Assembly: GCF_964204645.1 (NCBI RefSeq)
Contig: NC_134028.1
Location: 17,925,653-17,989,652 of the forward strand
DNA: 64,000 bases
Direction of reading: 5' to 3'
Source: Tubulanus polymorphus
Taxonomy: Eukaryota; Animalia; Nemertea
Shown: in pieces, positions 31,706 to 44,760 of the stretch
Position numbering within the stretch: the first letter of the stretch is position 1
Layout of the letters: each line of letters starts with the position of its first letter
Translations under genes and position numbers: made by a program
Notes under the pieces: model-generated
Seen by the model: only the letters and a program-made list of their open reading frames with translations
Database searches by the model: none
Told to the model about the DNA's origin: nothing

Positions 31706-33065
31706 CAAAGGTCAAAGGGTCGGAAAATCAAACGAAATTAACAAAATTCATATCTAGGATTTTGAAGTTCACCAATTTGAAGTTGTGGCTCACTTCGAGG
31801 GCCGCAATTTTGATTCTTTCCTAGGAAACAAAACTTAAAATAAGAATTTATAAATTTCACTTTAATTTTCGACTTCAACCTGAAAACCTACGAATTCCCT
31901 ATTACTTGTAATTTGTAAATATAAATTATCTATCTGATTATGACATACATGTATTTATTGTCAATGAAATAGAAAATGAATCGAATGTATATATGTCGTA
32001 ATCAGATAAATAATTTACACTCACAAATTACAATTTTACCTGAAAACCTATATTTTTCCTATATATATATTACCTTATTTCGGTTTGACTTCATTTGAAC
32101 ATTTGAACCACAACAGCATTAGACTTTTTAGACATTATAAATTTAATTATCATGTTGACACAAAACTCGAAGGATTTACAGAGAAATACTATATACTACA
32201 AAATACTTGACGATACAGTCATTTAATTTCCTATGTGATAGGGCCTATAGTAACCAACACGATGTATGTAACAATCCTCAGTATTTACGGGAACGCCCAA
32301 TCCTATGTCTTTCCAGTCTATATCGCTATCGGGATATATCATTTAGAAATTTAGATGATGTAAATTAATTGAAAGTAATAAGCATTGTTTTCGTAGTGTA
32401 ATCACGGCGTTGATAAAATCCGTTGATGCTACAAATCATCAGCAGGAGGAAGCTGTTATGAGTTAGACGCAATTCGTATAGAAACCCCACTTTAGCTTTT
32501 GCTTTATTCTTTAATAAACCGTTTCTTTTCTGAAAATACATTGTTAAGAAATTAAACATTTTTACGGTCAATAAAATACTACTAAATAGAATTCCAATCA
32601 AAGCTTGCAAGATACCTTCCCTTAATCCACACTTTTACTCAATAAACTACTAAACTGGTCTTGAAATATATGTTGTATTACGCTAAGAATTCATCGAATG
32701 TTCTACGGATGTGTTTTTTATGGTTCAAATGTCTATATGCCGTTTATCGCGATGCATCGAACTTCGACGTCAGTCAGAATTCAATTAAATGTTTGCGCGA
32801 GCGTGGCACGGTCAATGCGCCGCCGGCGGTGTACGGTCATAATATTAATCGCCCATGATTGCTGATAGTTTATGAGGAATGTTCCATTCATTTCCGGGAT
32901 GTCGTATATGCGCTCGACTTAAGTAATGCGGGTGATAATTATATGATTACACCGACCGTTTCGGAATAAGAATTAAAATAGTCATAAACGTATACGACAA
33001 ACATCATCGTGTTAAACTGCCGATACTTAATAGAATATCCTACAGATTTTAGTCGTTACTAAAAG

Positions 33066-33295
33066 ATGATGTCAAGTAAATGTGGAGAATATTGTCGCAA
33101 AATAGTGGAAATCATTACGACGGTGAAGGCTGTGATAGCCAGACTTTTGTTTATGATACATGGCTTAGTGGCGATTTGGCGAGTTGTAGAGACGACTGAA
33201 GATTCACTTTACTGGTTGCTATCCGTATCACTTATTTTTCTTATCATTGAATGTGTTATCAGCCTTAAGTACCAAAGGGGCTCCGAATCGAAATG
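33066..33295 (+). CDS. TMEM26: Transmembrane protein 26-like, exon 1
   Basis: AVIARLLFMIHGLVAIWRVV..YWLL; GTAAG donor at 33296, phase 2. Confidence 0.88.
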
Positions 33296-34010
33296 GTAAG
33301 CACTTTTACTGTATTCAGATAGAATCAACCGATCACACCACAGTGCAACTTTTCTTTTGAATGAAAATTTACCTCCCCCATCGTGGAAACTCATCTTCTC
33401 GGGTATTAGAATAATTGTAGTTTTTATGTTTCAGTTTGATTTTGATTATCTTATATTTCGCATTTAAAAAAAATGAAAAATGCAGTCAAATTCCGTTTGA
33501 TTATTAGAAATATTAGAAAGATGGCCGGGGAAATAGGTAGAAGTATTCTACCCGAAACATCAGCTAAATTATTATTAGTCCAAGTTGATTTAGAGTATAC
33601 TGACGTTAGTCGTAGGTGCACCCATTGGGGATGGCATTATGTTCCGCACTCAAAGGGTTACTGAACTAACCATATCTCGAAAAACTAATGTATTTCCATT
33701 ATTTCAAAGAATAAGTTTGAAGGCCCACTGGGAGTATAAAAGCCCAATCAAAGTCAGACATGGCAGTATCTTTGAACCCATGGAGTAGTGAAGAGCTCCA
33801 ATGGTTGAAACTGGCATTTTCCTATTATCTTTTTAAACTATTTGGATCCTCCTTTGTGTCAGATATCTATGAGTATTAATTTCTACAGGCAAAATGGTAA
33901 TTAAGGGCCCCTGCTTTGAGCAATTAAGCTAATTAGTTGGTATATTCTTCACAATTTGAATCTTTGAATGACGTCTTGGGAAACCAAGATCCAAGAGACG
34001 TAAAGCAACA

Positions 34011-34066
34011 AAACAAACAAACAAACAAACAAACAAACAAACAAACAAACAAACAAACAAACAAAC
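34011..34066. repeat. (AAAC)n microsatellite in TMEM26 intron 1
   Basis: About 14 direct AAAC units. Confidence 0.95.
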
Positions 34067-36724
34067 ATCAAGGGAGGATTTATCTAGTGTATCAGTCTAG
34101 CTTGCACGGCACGGTAACAGTAACATAATACCCAGTCATCACCATACACATAATAAAGATATAGGCTTATTCATAATACCATTTTACGACATAAAAACCT
34201 CTACCTTGATCAATGAATCAGTCTGAAATTTCATACACTTCCAGTATTATTTACCAAATTTCAAAATCGGATAAAACTGAAAATTCTTCTAAGATCTTCA
34301 AATTTTCTTTTAAAAAATCCTGGTCTTTTTCATATAGAAAATAATCGTAAAGCTTTAGATTGTTATCCCCAATATGAATTGACCATTCAAAATCATTTCA
34401 GAACTTGATAAGAAAGGTTTATGAATTTTCCAGATTTTACTGTGTGACTGTAATGTTGTGAGCCACCCGTACACACTGTAAACATTATAAACAAAATACT
34501 GTAGTAAAAAAGTTTTAGCCAGTGGGACGGCCCATCTTAAATGCTTATCACCCGGCATGGGTGGATCCAGGGCCCTATCTCGAGGGGGTTAAGGGCACCT
34601 ACTATTATCGTCGAATCACGGCAAAAATGGCACATTTTATTATTGATTTATTTTCATAGAACTATATATAATACAAGTACAAAACTAAGCATTTCTGTAT
34701 GTACATTACAACATTAACACTCTAATTATACAATAAACAAAATATCATTATAGTATATGACGGACAGTCCACCATAACTCAAACTGGTGGTTTTCAGGGA
34801 CACCAACAACGCCAAATCATGCCAAACGAGGGCACTATTACGTCAATGCCCCTTCCCGGTTATTTACTGCTCATACAAATTGGCCTTTTCATGAAACATG
34901 GGAACGAACCCACATAATCAAATCCTTATCTAACCACTATGGGGTGTAAATTTTGAAAAGGCTATTCGCATGTCATTCAGTCCTTTTAATGTATCTAGGA
35001 TATGTTGACCCCTAGATGGCGCTCCTTATACAGCCATATGTTAATATATGTTTTGTCCGTTTCCTAGTACGATATTTATATCAGCAAGTGAGAAACCGGT
35101 CATAGATGCTTTGAAGGTATATCTATCATTTTCTTAAATAATAATATTTATCATTATTACTATTCTTATAATTATTCTCTTTTTACACTGAATTTTACCG
35201 AAACAATACAACCAACCGATATTTACTGACTGCTGCTTGGCACCGTTAAATGAGGTCATCGTCATCGGGTCAAAAAAAGTTAGTGGCACGGGCCCTTTCT
35301 GTGATAACCTATTCGGGCACCAGGGAGTCAAGTATGGGATCCCACTTTCCCCCTTAACCTCAAGTGGCAGAATAGTGGTTTCAATGTGTGTTCAGTGTCC
35401 CTTTACAAGACGCGTGTATTGAGGTGTGGTTTGACTAGGTACTCCACCAGCTCCACCAACAAAACGTTGGCAAATGCATTTTCCTCTATATCATCTAATT
35501 GGATTAAGGGATTTCTATGGATATGTAGTACCTGGTACCTGACATTTAAGCAAGGAACCCCTTACATAATTAGTTCCTTCTCTAACCACTAGGGGGTGTC
35601 AATTTTGAAGCTCATTTCAGCTTCGGTTTTTGGCGTGTAATTCAATCCTTTTATTTCAGAAATCGTAAAACTTGGTATAAGTACGTGCCATATGCCAACG
35701 AGCATGATTATTAAATGCAACACAGCCCCTGGGAATTCTGAAAGCACCGTATCTTCGTTATCCTCAAAGTTATCTTGATTTTTAACTTGGTAGAACAGTT
35801 GGCCTTCTTTGTACAAAGTGGCTATATGGATCTACATATCCCGGATATGCATTAAAAACTATGGTGCTGCTTCAAAATAGTAGTGTTATGAAATGACGAG
35901 ACTAGTGTTTATTTCACTTTCCAAACAACTAGATCTCTAATAATTATATCGGCTTTGAATCACAAACAATAAAAATTTGTTTTAACTTTGATAATTCCAT
36001 TTTGTTTGCATATCAAGGATATTGCAGGAGGCAAAAACCCGTTATCGTTACTTACAATTATGTTTTTTTAATTTTTCCTAGTCCACCCATCGATTCTATT
36101 CTAACACATTACAATATTGGTTAAAGAATCAAAATCTAGAAATAGACTTTAGTTCGTCATGTATTGAAGGTAGCGCTTAAATAGATTTTGTTTTTAATAC
36201 ATTGATACCGGTATAATTACAATCATTCTTGAGAAATTTTAGCTGAAATGAGTGATGGATTAATGAAATGTGAATGATTGAAAGGTGTAAATTAGAAGGA
36301 ATTTTTACAACGCGCAGTTCGAACAACGCGATGTAAAAATTCTTTCTAATTTGGTATCCATGTAGATGGCGCTGACGATGACACAGTGGGGCTACAGATT
36401 GAATTCCTGCCAGCGCAAACTCCGAAGCTACACATGGTACCCAAAGTTTTAGTTATTCCTATTTATCTTATATGCCCTGCTTTTTGTGTAGAGTGCATAC
36501 ATCAGTATGCAGTATATATCTTAGACGCTTATCTCAGTGGAAATTAACCAGGCACGGATCCAGAGGGTTGTGGTTTCAGGGGTCGTGACCCCTGCTCAGC
36601 TGCCAAAAAGAAATCTAATCGTTTTGTAGGAATGTACTCAGGACAAAGCAGGCGGACAGTACCATATAATCGTTTATCCTTTTCAAATTTGAATTCACGA
36701 AATATTCCGTAACTCTACTTGCAG

Positions 36725-37268
36725 GTTTTCGCCGGTATTCTTTCTTTACCTGAGCTCCGTTGTTCCAGCTATTTGGTTTCTAGAACTAGAAATATTTTAC
36801 ATCCGCCTTAGGGCAAGGGAAATGATTTTTCTAAAACAAAATCAATCGACACCAAAACTGTATGAAATCGGCGTTCCCAGCGAGTTGATGAATCGTCCGA
36901 ATAGATCCACCGATAAGATGGATGATTATCTGTATAATATTACCATGGCACCGACGGCATTATCATCGATCAAAGATTCGAAGAAGTATGCTGACTTTTT
37001 TGAACAACAGGATATTTGGAATAATACGAGCCAAACTGGTAATATCACTACTCTAAACGGAAACGATACGTTTAGTATGAATAGGACTGATGCTAAGATT
37101 AAAAAAGCCAGAATAAGTTCATGGAATATAACATCAACAAGTACACCACGTACATTTCATTTCTCTTCTACTTATGCTAGAAGCATAGCAACCGGAATAC
37201 CCGAAACTAACACCACCACAACTCGTTTGAGTGCAACTGAAAATTCAGTAGCATTTAAAGCTTTAGGG
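36725..37268 (+). CDS. TMEM26: Transmembrane protein 26-like, exon 2
   Basis: TTGCAG acceptor; (W)FSPVFFLYLSSVVPAIWFLEL followed by a long S/T/N-rich loop; GTAAGT donor at 37269, phase 0. Confidence 0.88.
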
Positions 37269-37362
37269 GTAAGTAGTAAAGTAAGACCACGAGAATAAAT
37301 GGATTTTAAGAGATTTGTAAATGATTTCAGTCATCATATTCAAAATGGTGTTTTATTTTTAG

Positions 37363-38088
37363 ATCAATCTTCCGATTCCACCGATGCCACCTACCCAATG
37401 GGCCAAAATTCTAGAACAGATCCTAATGTTGTTCTTGATCATAGGACGGTGGCTTCTGCCGAAAGGCGAATTGACACGTGACCAGTTATCTCAATTGTTA
37501 TTGGTTAACATCGGAATGGCAGCAGATATAATTGAATTATTCGAAGCTTTTCGCGAAGAGAAGGTTCAGTATAATCTCAAACTGACATCTATCATATTGT
37601 CACTTTGGACATTGAGCTTGTGTCAATTTACCTTGATAATGACGGCGACGAAAGCCCGTAAATCGCGTTTTGCGATCACCAAATTTGATGAGAAAGACGG
37701 TATTCAGTGTTTTTGTTGCGAAACGGAAGTATGGTCGATTTTAACGGTTTTACTGATGCAAGATATTCCATTCTTCTGTTTGAGAATGACCCTCATATTT
37801 CACTTCAATGTCGTCAGTTACTTAAACATATTTTTTACGTGTAAGAACACTTTAGTTATACTGCTGCAGTTTTATCGAATCATTGTCATTCACATTCACG
37901 AGTTTCAAAGCACGCAAAAGGTGCTAGGTGGAGAATTGGCGAGCAATGACCCGGCTCAAGCGGTCATTGATGAGGAAAAACAAAAAGTAATTCTTGGATC
38001 AAATGGGAATTGTGCAGAGAACCAACAGCATGATATAACTTGTTACAATACACTCACTTGTGTTGAGGCACAAGAATCTATGCTCTAA
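37363..38088 (+). CDS. TMEM26: Transmembrane protein 26-like, exon 3 (spliced CDS 1500 nt, 499 aa)
   Basis: TTTTAG acceptor; IIGRWLLPKGELTRDQLSQLLLVNIGMAADIIE, QDIPFFCLR and FFTCKNTLVILLQFYR are TMEM26 hallmarks. Confidence 0.92.
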   Translation: MNLPIPPMPPTQWAKILEQILMLFLIIGRWLLPKGELTRDQLSQLLLVNIGMAADIIELFEAFREEKVQYNLKLTSIILSLWTLSLCQFTLIMTATKARKSRFAITKFDEKDGIQCFCCETEVWSILTVLLMQDIPFFCLRMTLIFHFNVVSYLNIFFTCKNTLVILLQFYRIIVIHIHEFQSTQKVLGGELASNDPAQAVIDEEKQKVILGSNGNCAENQQHDITCYNTLTCVEAQESML

Positions 38089-38548
38089 AAATAATCTTAC
38101 GTCATTCTTAAGCCGATAACTACATTTAATGTCAATCTCCCTAATATATATTCACAATAATGTATTCCACCATGCTGTAAATTCAACTTATTAATTGAGC
38201 AATTTAGATGTGCCTTGTTTCTCATTATTCAGCACCACTGTCTTCGTCCCACTGTCAGTGAGCTTTCGTGACGTTTTAACGATCATTTATCAAATAAATT
38301 TTGTCAACAGTGAACAAGTGTATTGTTGATTTAAGTGATGAATTTGAAATTGAATTTGGAAAGAGATGCCAATCAACCATATTGCCCATCAACCATACTT
38401 AATGATTGCTTTTTTGACGAGTCACTAAACTATCGGTCGTTTGAATCGCCTCTTCAACACAAATTGCCATAAAAGTATAATCGAACTTCATAGCTGAGGC
38501 AATCACGAAGGATGCCCACCATAATGACAAGTTTGCATGTCTTAAGTA

Positions 38549-38729
38549 CAGTCAGCCCCCGATATACCACCCACATCGGTGCAGAACGATTTTGGCGGTA
38601 TAGAGAGTACGGCGGTACATCGGGGGTGTTTTACTATGTATTTGTATCGAGATGTACGGTACATTGAGAAAACCTGGAGGTAGGCGCGGTTGGCTGTATA
38701 TGAGAGGGCAGTATATCGGGGGTTGACTG
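38549..38729. mobile_element. Tc1/mariner-type MITE
   Basis: TA|CAGTCAGCCCCCGATATAC...GTATATCGGGGGTTGACTG|CA. Confidence 0.7.
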
Positions 38730-39139
38730 CATATTGAATTGAAAGTTATACGAGTTCCGAGTCATCCCACACTATGAAACACGATACGCTCACACTTAGT
38801 ACTATGTATTAAAATACAAAATTGACCCTCTGAATAAGCTTATCCAATGCTACAAAACATGGCATACTTACCCTACCGGTATGTACATGTATTATACAGC
38901 ATTGGCCCTCCGAATACGTTTATTTCTGATCATTCGGTAGATTAAACTTATCACAATCTGAAGCGATTGACCATGGTCTTCTGGGCCCAAGTGTAGGATC
39001 CGGTCAAGTTGTTCCAATCCGAATCACATATTTATATTCATTCGCCCTTTGCAGTTTATGGACTGTTTGACTGGTTGGCGGGCTAACTGATTGACTTGGA
39101 TGACTGCGCAACTGGTAGGCTGAATGACTGGTTGAATGG

Positions 39140-39684
39140 CATGGTCGCGATGGTGGAAAGAGTGATGATTTTGATGGCGATGACGACGGAGATGGTACAG
39201 ATAGGGATGGTCGTCATGATATTGGCAATTGTGACGGAGAGGATGGTGGTGGTGATGATAGTGGAGATGGAGGTAATGATGGTGATGTTGGAGAAGGTAA
39301 TGATGGTGATGTCGGAGATGGTGGTAATGCTGTTGATGTTAGTGGAGAAGGTGATATAGTGCAGATAATGATGATGGTGGTCATAATGGTAGTTATGCTG
39401 GAGGTGGTGATTATGGAGACGGTGATGGTGGAGTGGACGGTAGAGATAGCGGTGATGTTTGAGATGGTGGAGATGATGGTAACGATGCTAGAGAAGGAAG
39501 GGGGGTGAATATGGTGATGCTGGTGAAGGTAATGGTGGTGATTATGGAGACGGTTCCTATGGTGCTGAATCTAATGTTGCATATGACGGAATCGGTGGTG
39601 ATGATAGTGGTGATGTTGAAGGTTATGCTGGTTTTAGATACGATCATGATGGTGGTGATGATGGAGATGGTAGTGATGATGAAA

Positions 39685-39772
<88 letters not shown>

Positions 39773-39812
39773 TTTCATCATCACTACCATCACCACCGTC
39801 ATCTCCAACACC

Positions 39813-39860
<48 letters not shown>

Positions 39861-39900
39861 TGGAGGTGTTGGAGATGACGGTGGTGATGGTGATGAAGGT
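39140..39900. repeat. Degenerate (GAT/GGT)n low-complexity tract with two (TA)n microsatellites
   Basis: Triplet-rich tract; TA runs at 39688-39769 and 39817-39860. Confidence 0.9.
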
Positions 39901-40475
39901 ATGTATGCTGGAGAGCGTATATATAAGCAGACAACTGTGTAAAATACATATAATACATGGACTGCAAAATAAAATTTTTTGTATATCAAGTCTATACCAG
40001 AGTTTGCGTGTCTGTAATCTAGTACTCAGTCGAGAGCACAGCCTGAGGGAAAACAGCACATTGTGGTTCCTCAAAAAGCCCAAAATGGCAGAAATGTTTA
40101 AATCGACATTTTTTCAGGCATTGGTGAGTAAAAGAACCGCGCAGAGAGCTCAATCTACCAAGTTCATCAACGGCGCAGACGATATTACAAAGTAACAGCC
40201 AAACCTGCCAGCAACCCAGAAATCAAAAGCTCGTCTTGTCAACTACAGGACAAGATCCGAGAACTTGAAATAATCAACTAATCGATGTTAGCCCTGATCG
40301 ACAACGATGAAATATATATATGAAAGTGCCAGAAGAAGCGGAGGAAGTAATCTCAAGAATAAAAGACCATAAGTTGTTTTACGACCAATGTGCTAATACG
40401 CGAGTTGTAGTCCACGTTTTCAATCTGCCCTTCAGATATTAACAGTTTAAACACTCGACTTTAAAGTTAATCCCC

Positions 40476-41490
40476 CGGTTCCTGAACTTCGCTGAAAAAG
40501 CTGAAAGACTGAAACGCTGAAAAGAAAACGCTGAAATTTCAGGGAATTCCCAAAAATGCTGAAATCGTGCTAGGAACCGACAATACACGTTTTGAAATTT
40601 TTCCGGGCCGGGGCCGGGGCCGCTGCCGAGTCCTGAACCTTTGCTTTAGTCTCTATGTGTGGAGTATGAAAACCTATGAAAACCCTATCACAACCGTACA
40701 AGTCAACTTCAAACACTATGCTGAATATTCCAAGAAGTGGTTTAATTCTTCAAGACAAAAAAATCTTATTTGAACATTTCAAATGTATATAAAATATGAT
40801 TATGATAGCCTTTTTTCTTTTGTCAACACGTCACGCATGACTATGGGCGACTGTGGTATTCTCTGTTGGAGACTGGAGGTAAGTTAAATTTGATAGCTAG
40901 TTATAATGACGATGCGGCTTTTGGACAATTTAAAAAAAATAAAATAAAATGGCTTTTCAAACGCTATTTCAGTAATAACCTTATTCAATCAGAGAAAAAT
41001 AAGTCAACAGCGGATGTACAGTAGACCCCACTTTACTTGGTTTTCCTGGGACCTTTAAAAGTAATTAATTAGTCTTTAAAAGTTAAGCGATATTCCGAGG
41101 TAACCAAGGGGATTGCAATAGAATACGAGGCTATGGAACCAGAATTCAAACCCAAGCTAAGCGAATCTGTGGCTTTAACGCTTGATTCTGATAAAATGTA
41201 GAACTGATTTCTTTTGTGAAATTTTGCAGAATTTATAATGTATATTTTAAGCTGCTAGTTAATATAGTTAGATAAACGTTCAATTATTGGATCTTTCTTT
41301 ATGACTCGTTTAATTTTGAGAGTTTCGAGTTCCAGTTAATCCATATTGTGCAGTGCCTAGCCTTCATCTACACTAAAGCCAAGCCTGTGTATGGGAAATT
41401 GTTGTTCGACTCAAAGGCCAGACAAATCGAGGTATGAATGCAGATGGTTACCTCCAGCAAGTTGAGAAAGTAAACCGTTTTGACCTCTAC
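40476..41490. mobile_element. Partial, inverted second copy of the MULE family at 20914-23257
   Basis: Same TIR at 40476-40655. 41348-41397 is the reverse complement of 21668-21717, and 40813-40830 matches 22797-22814 inverted. Confidence 0.8.
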
Positions 41491-41731
41491 CTGGGGACGA
41501 GTGCTTTTCTCCCTAAGGCTGGGTCCTCGATTGGATACAAGAATACAGACATGAACTCTGGTATAGACTTGGTATACATCTTAGTTTACAGTCAGGCTGC
41601 TTATAGTACGTACAGTCATGATCATTCCATCATGAAATTCCAATTCCAAAATGGCGGCACTGATAGATTGTTTGTCGGGTCGCTCTACAAACTAGGACCA
41701 TTTTTAGTATAATTTTGGTCAGGCGAAGTGA

Positions 41732-44700
41732 TTGAAAATGGATATAAAACGACCATTAACCGTTGTATGTTTCGGTAGGAGATTTTCAGAGGAGGATATA
41801 TTTAGTAAGCTTGGAGAAAACACAAAACATGTTCGAGCCATTCAGTTTTTGAAGAATGGTGAGTGTAGAATTGCTTTTAACAATTTGGAAGCTATAGAAA
41901 ACTTCATTACAAGTGGTATAAAGATCAGAGATCGTCAAATTAAAGCGTGCAAAATTGACGAATTGATTGATATAACGAACGTAACTATTAAAGACGCGCC
42001 GGTTGAGCTTTCGGATATGTTCATTATTAATCAGCTACAAAAGTATGGTTACGTAGTAACCGGTTCACTGCGAAGAGGCAAAATTAAAGACACCGAAATT
42101 TTAAACGGATCTATCTATGTGAAACTGTCAAACGTAAAAAAATATTATACCCGTGGAGAAGTTTGGAAGATTTGAAGTAAGACTTTTTTGCGACAATAAT
42201 AAAACACAGTGCAAACATTGCGGGGACACTGATCACCCGTACTTCAGATGTTTACTGAAAGCTAGAATACTTTATTTCAAGTGTAAATCAGCTGATCATA
42301 TGGCTAATGATTGTCCGTACGACATAATTTGTTATCATTGTCGTGAAGACGGTCACAAAAAATCTGAATGCCCTAAGAGACTCCAACTGCAGGCGCCTTA
42401 TATTCACTGACTTGCCCAGTAGTATTCATGTTGACAGTTTGCCAGGCGCAACCGCTCATGGTATTGATCAACAATTATTCAAGCTAAACCCGAAATTAGA
42501 CAGTAACCTAGTAAAACGCGTTATTTGTCATCTAGGAACAAATTACATTTCTTTAAACAAGGACGATAATGATCAAACTATTCTCGACTTATCCAAAGCT
42601 ACAAATATACTACTTACTAGATTTTTAAATTGTGAAATTCATGTATCCAGGAAGAAAGACACTCTAAATATTTGGATGGATATATGAAAGCTGTGGGTAC
42701 TGGAGTGTTTAATGGGTAGTGTAGTGTGATCTGTGTGCATTTGTGGCCAGCACACAGATCACATTGTTCAATGGGGTTTGGTCCAGGACTCGCGAGATTT
42801 TCAACAACACGGAAGTAACGTGTAATAAATGATGACTTGAATTGCATGACTACAAGTTGTTGACGCGCCAATTGAAATGGATGATAGAACGATCGTAGCA
42901 TTTATATCAAAGTTTGGAGATTACGCGTCAGGTTCAATAAAAAAGGACTGATAAAAGGGACATCTATTTTCACCGGTACCAGGTACTTGCAACTTCACAA
43001 TATCAAGCAGCCATTACTAAATTTCACAAAGATTGGGAATTTTCCTGTGAGATTATATTGCGACACAATGTGCCTACTCTGCTTGAGTAGCGATCACAAA
43101 TCGTTCAATTGTCCGAGTAAAGTGAGCGATCACAGATTATGCCACGAATGCAAGTCTCCAGACCATGTGAAACGTGATTGTCCTCTGCTGAACGAAAATG
43201 AAACCGATGACGATCACTCCGACGAGTCGAACTCGAATCCCCCAGTCGCAGGGGTTGCGCCCACAGATCCAGGCACGAATCCCGTAACAGATCCTAACAA
43301 TGTATTAGTTATAGGGGACTCCAATATGCGTATTTCCTCTTTACTAATGGCACTGTCGTTTATCAAGCTGGGGCCACAGCAAAAAATATTGATTACTTAC
43401 TCGAGAAAACGAAATCGGAGTTCATGGACCCTCAATCAGTGACCGACGTGTTGTGGTCCACCTAGGAACTAACGACATCAATCGATATAAATCCGATAGT
43501 GAAACGATTTAAGTGAACATAACTTTGGCCCCAGCCAAAGTCAACGAAAATTTTCGTAATGCCAAATTAAGTTGCTCGAGCATTATTCCGAAGAAAGGAA
43601 CGACTAATTCGACAAAAGATTTCAACACATCAGCCAGCCTAATGAACACTTATATAGATCGATTCTGTTCAAAGAACAATATATCATTTATAAAACAATG
43701 ACGCCATATTGAAACCTTCGGGAGTCATCAGGGACCGTTATCACAACATCAGTGATAAGAATGGAATCCATCTAAATGATGTTGGGAAAAGAGCCCTCGT
43801 CGAACACTTTGAAGCTACGCTATACAACCAACAATCCGAGGTAATCACCACGCCTGCTACAAACAAACGCAAAAAACGATCCCTGACTCAAACTCCGCCG
43901 AGTGCCGAGAAACTATCGAAAAAAACTAATGTTTCTGCATGAAAAAATGTAAATGTTAAATATGAATGGACTAGAACGAATTACTACTATACTAAACGAC
44001 GAAAACTTTTGTTTAAATGACATGTCAGATGAATTGCTACGATCAAATAATTGTCCATATGCAGATATTGATAATATCAATTGTCTCGACACTTACAAGA
44101 ATGGACTGAATATTCTACAATTCAATATACGTGGTATAGCAAATAAAATCGATCAACTTAGAAATTTAAAAGCAAATTGTAAATCACAAAATTGTGAGAT
44201 ACATATTATTTTTTTATATGAAAGTTTAATTACTGACAGAAACAAGTGTAAATGTCGCATCCCAGTTTTAGCCTAATTGAACAACATCTCAAGGTCAAAC
44301 TGGTGGAGGTGTAGCCATCTTTATAAAAAATGAGCTGTCATTTATAGAAAGAAATGATCTAAATATTACATATATATATAAATACAAGGGCAGTTTGAAT
44401 CAATATTCATTGAATATAATAACATGATTATTGGGGACATATACCGAATACAGGGTACTAATGAAACGCAATTCATTAATGATTACAATAACATAATCAC
44501 TAAAGCAAAAAATGAAAATAAGACAATAATTATTGGTACCGACCAAAACCTTGATCTAATCAAAATAGAAAGTCATGCCTACGGCAAAATTCTTGGATAA
44601 TAATCTAGTTAACGGATTATATCCGGCTATTATTCGCCCTACACAGGTCACCAAAAGTACAGCGACACTCATTGACAATATTTATATTGATACTAATATA

Positions 44701-44760
44701 AAAGGACAGGTTTACTCCTGTATCATCATATCAGATATTTCATTTTCAATGTCCGATTGC
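41732..44760 (+). mobile_element. Decayed CR1/L2-clade non-LTR retrotransposon pieces: two ORF1 remnants (RRM-like, CCHC knuckles, SGNH esterase) and the ORF2 AP-endonuclease, truncated before RT
   Basis: CKHCGDTDH, CYHCREDGHKKSEC, CHECKSPDHVKRDC; esterase motifs VIGDSN, HLGTN and GIHLN; APE motifs LQFNIRG, GGGVAI, IYR, GTDQN and PTQVT..TLIDNIY. Confidence 0.82.

Noticed and set aside
39096-40083. Met/Val-rich and IYIY ORFs
   Set aside because: Products of microsatellite and low-complexity DNA.
40085-40400. Possible BEL/Pao gag N-terminal remnant (LVSKRTAQRAQSTKFIN)
   Set aside because: Too short and disrupted; no LTR pair or downstream domains to confirm it.
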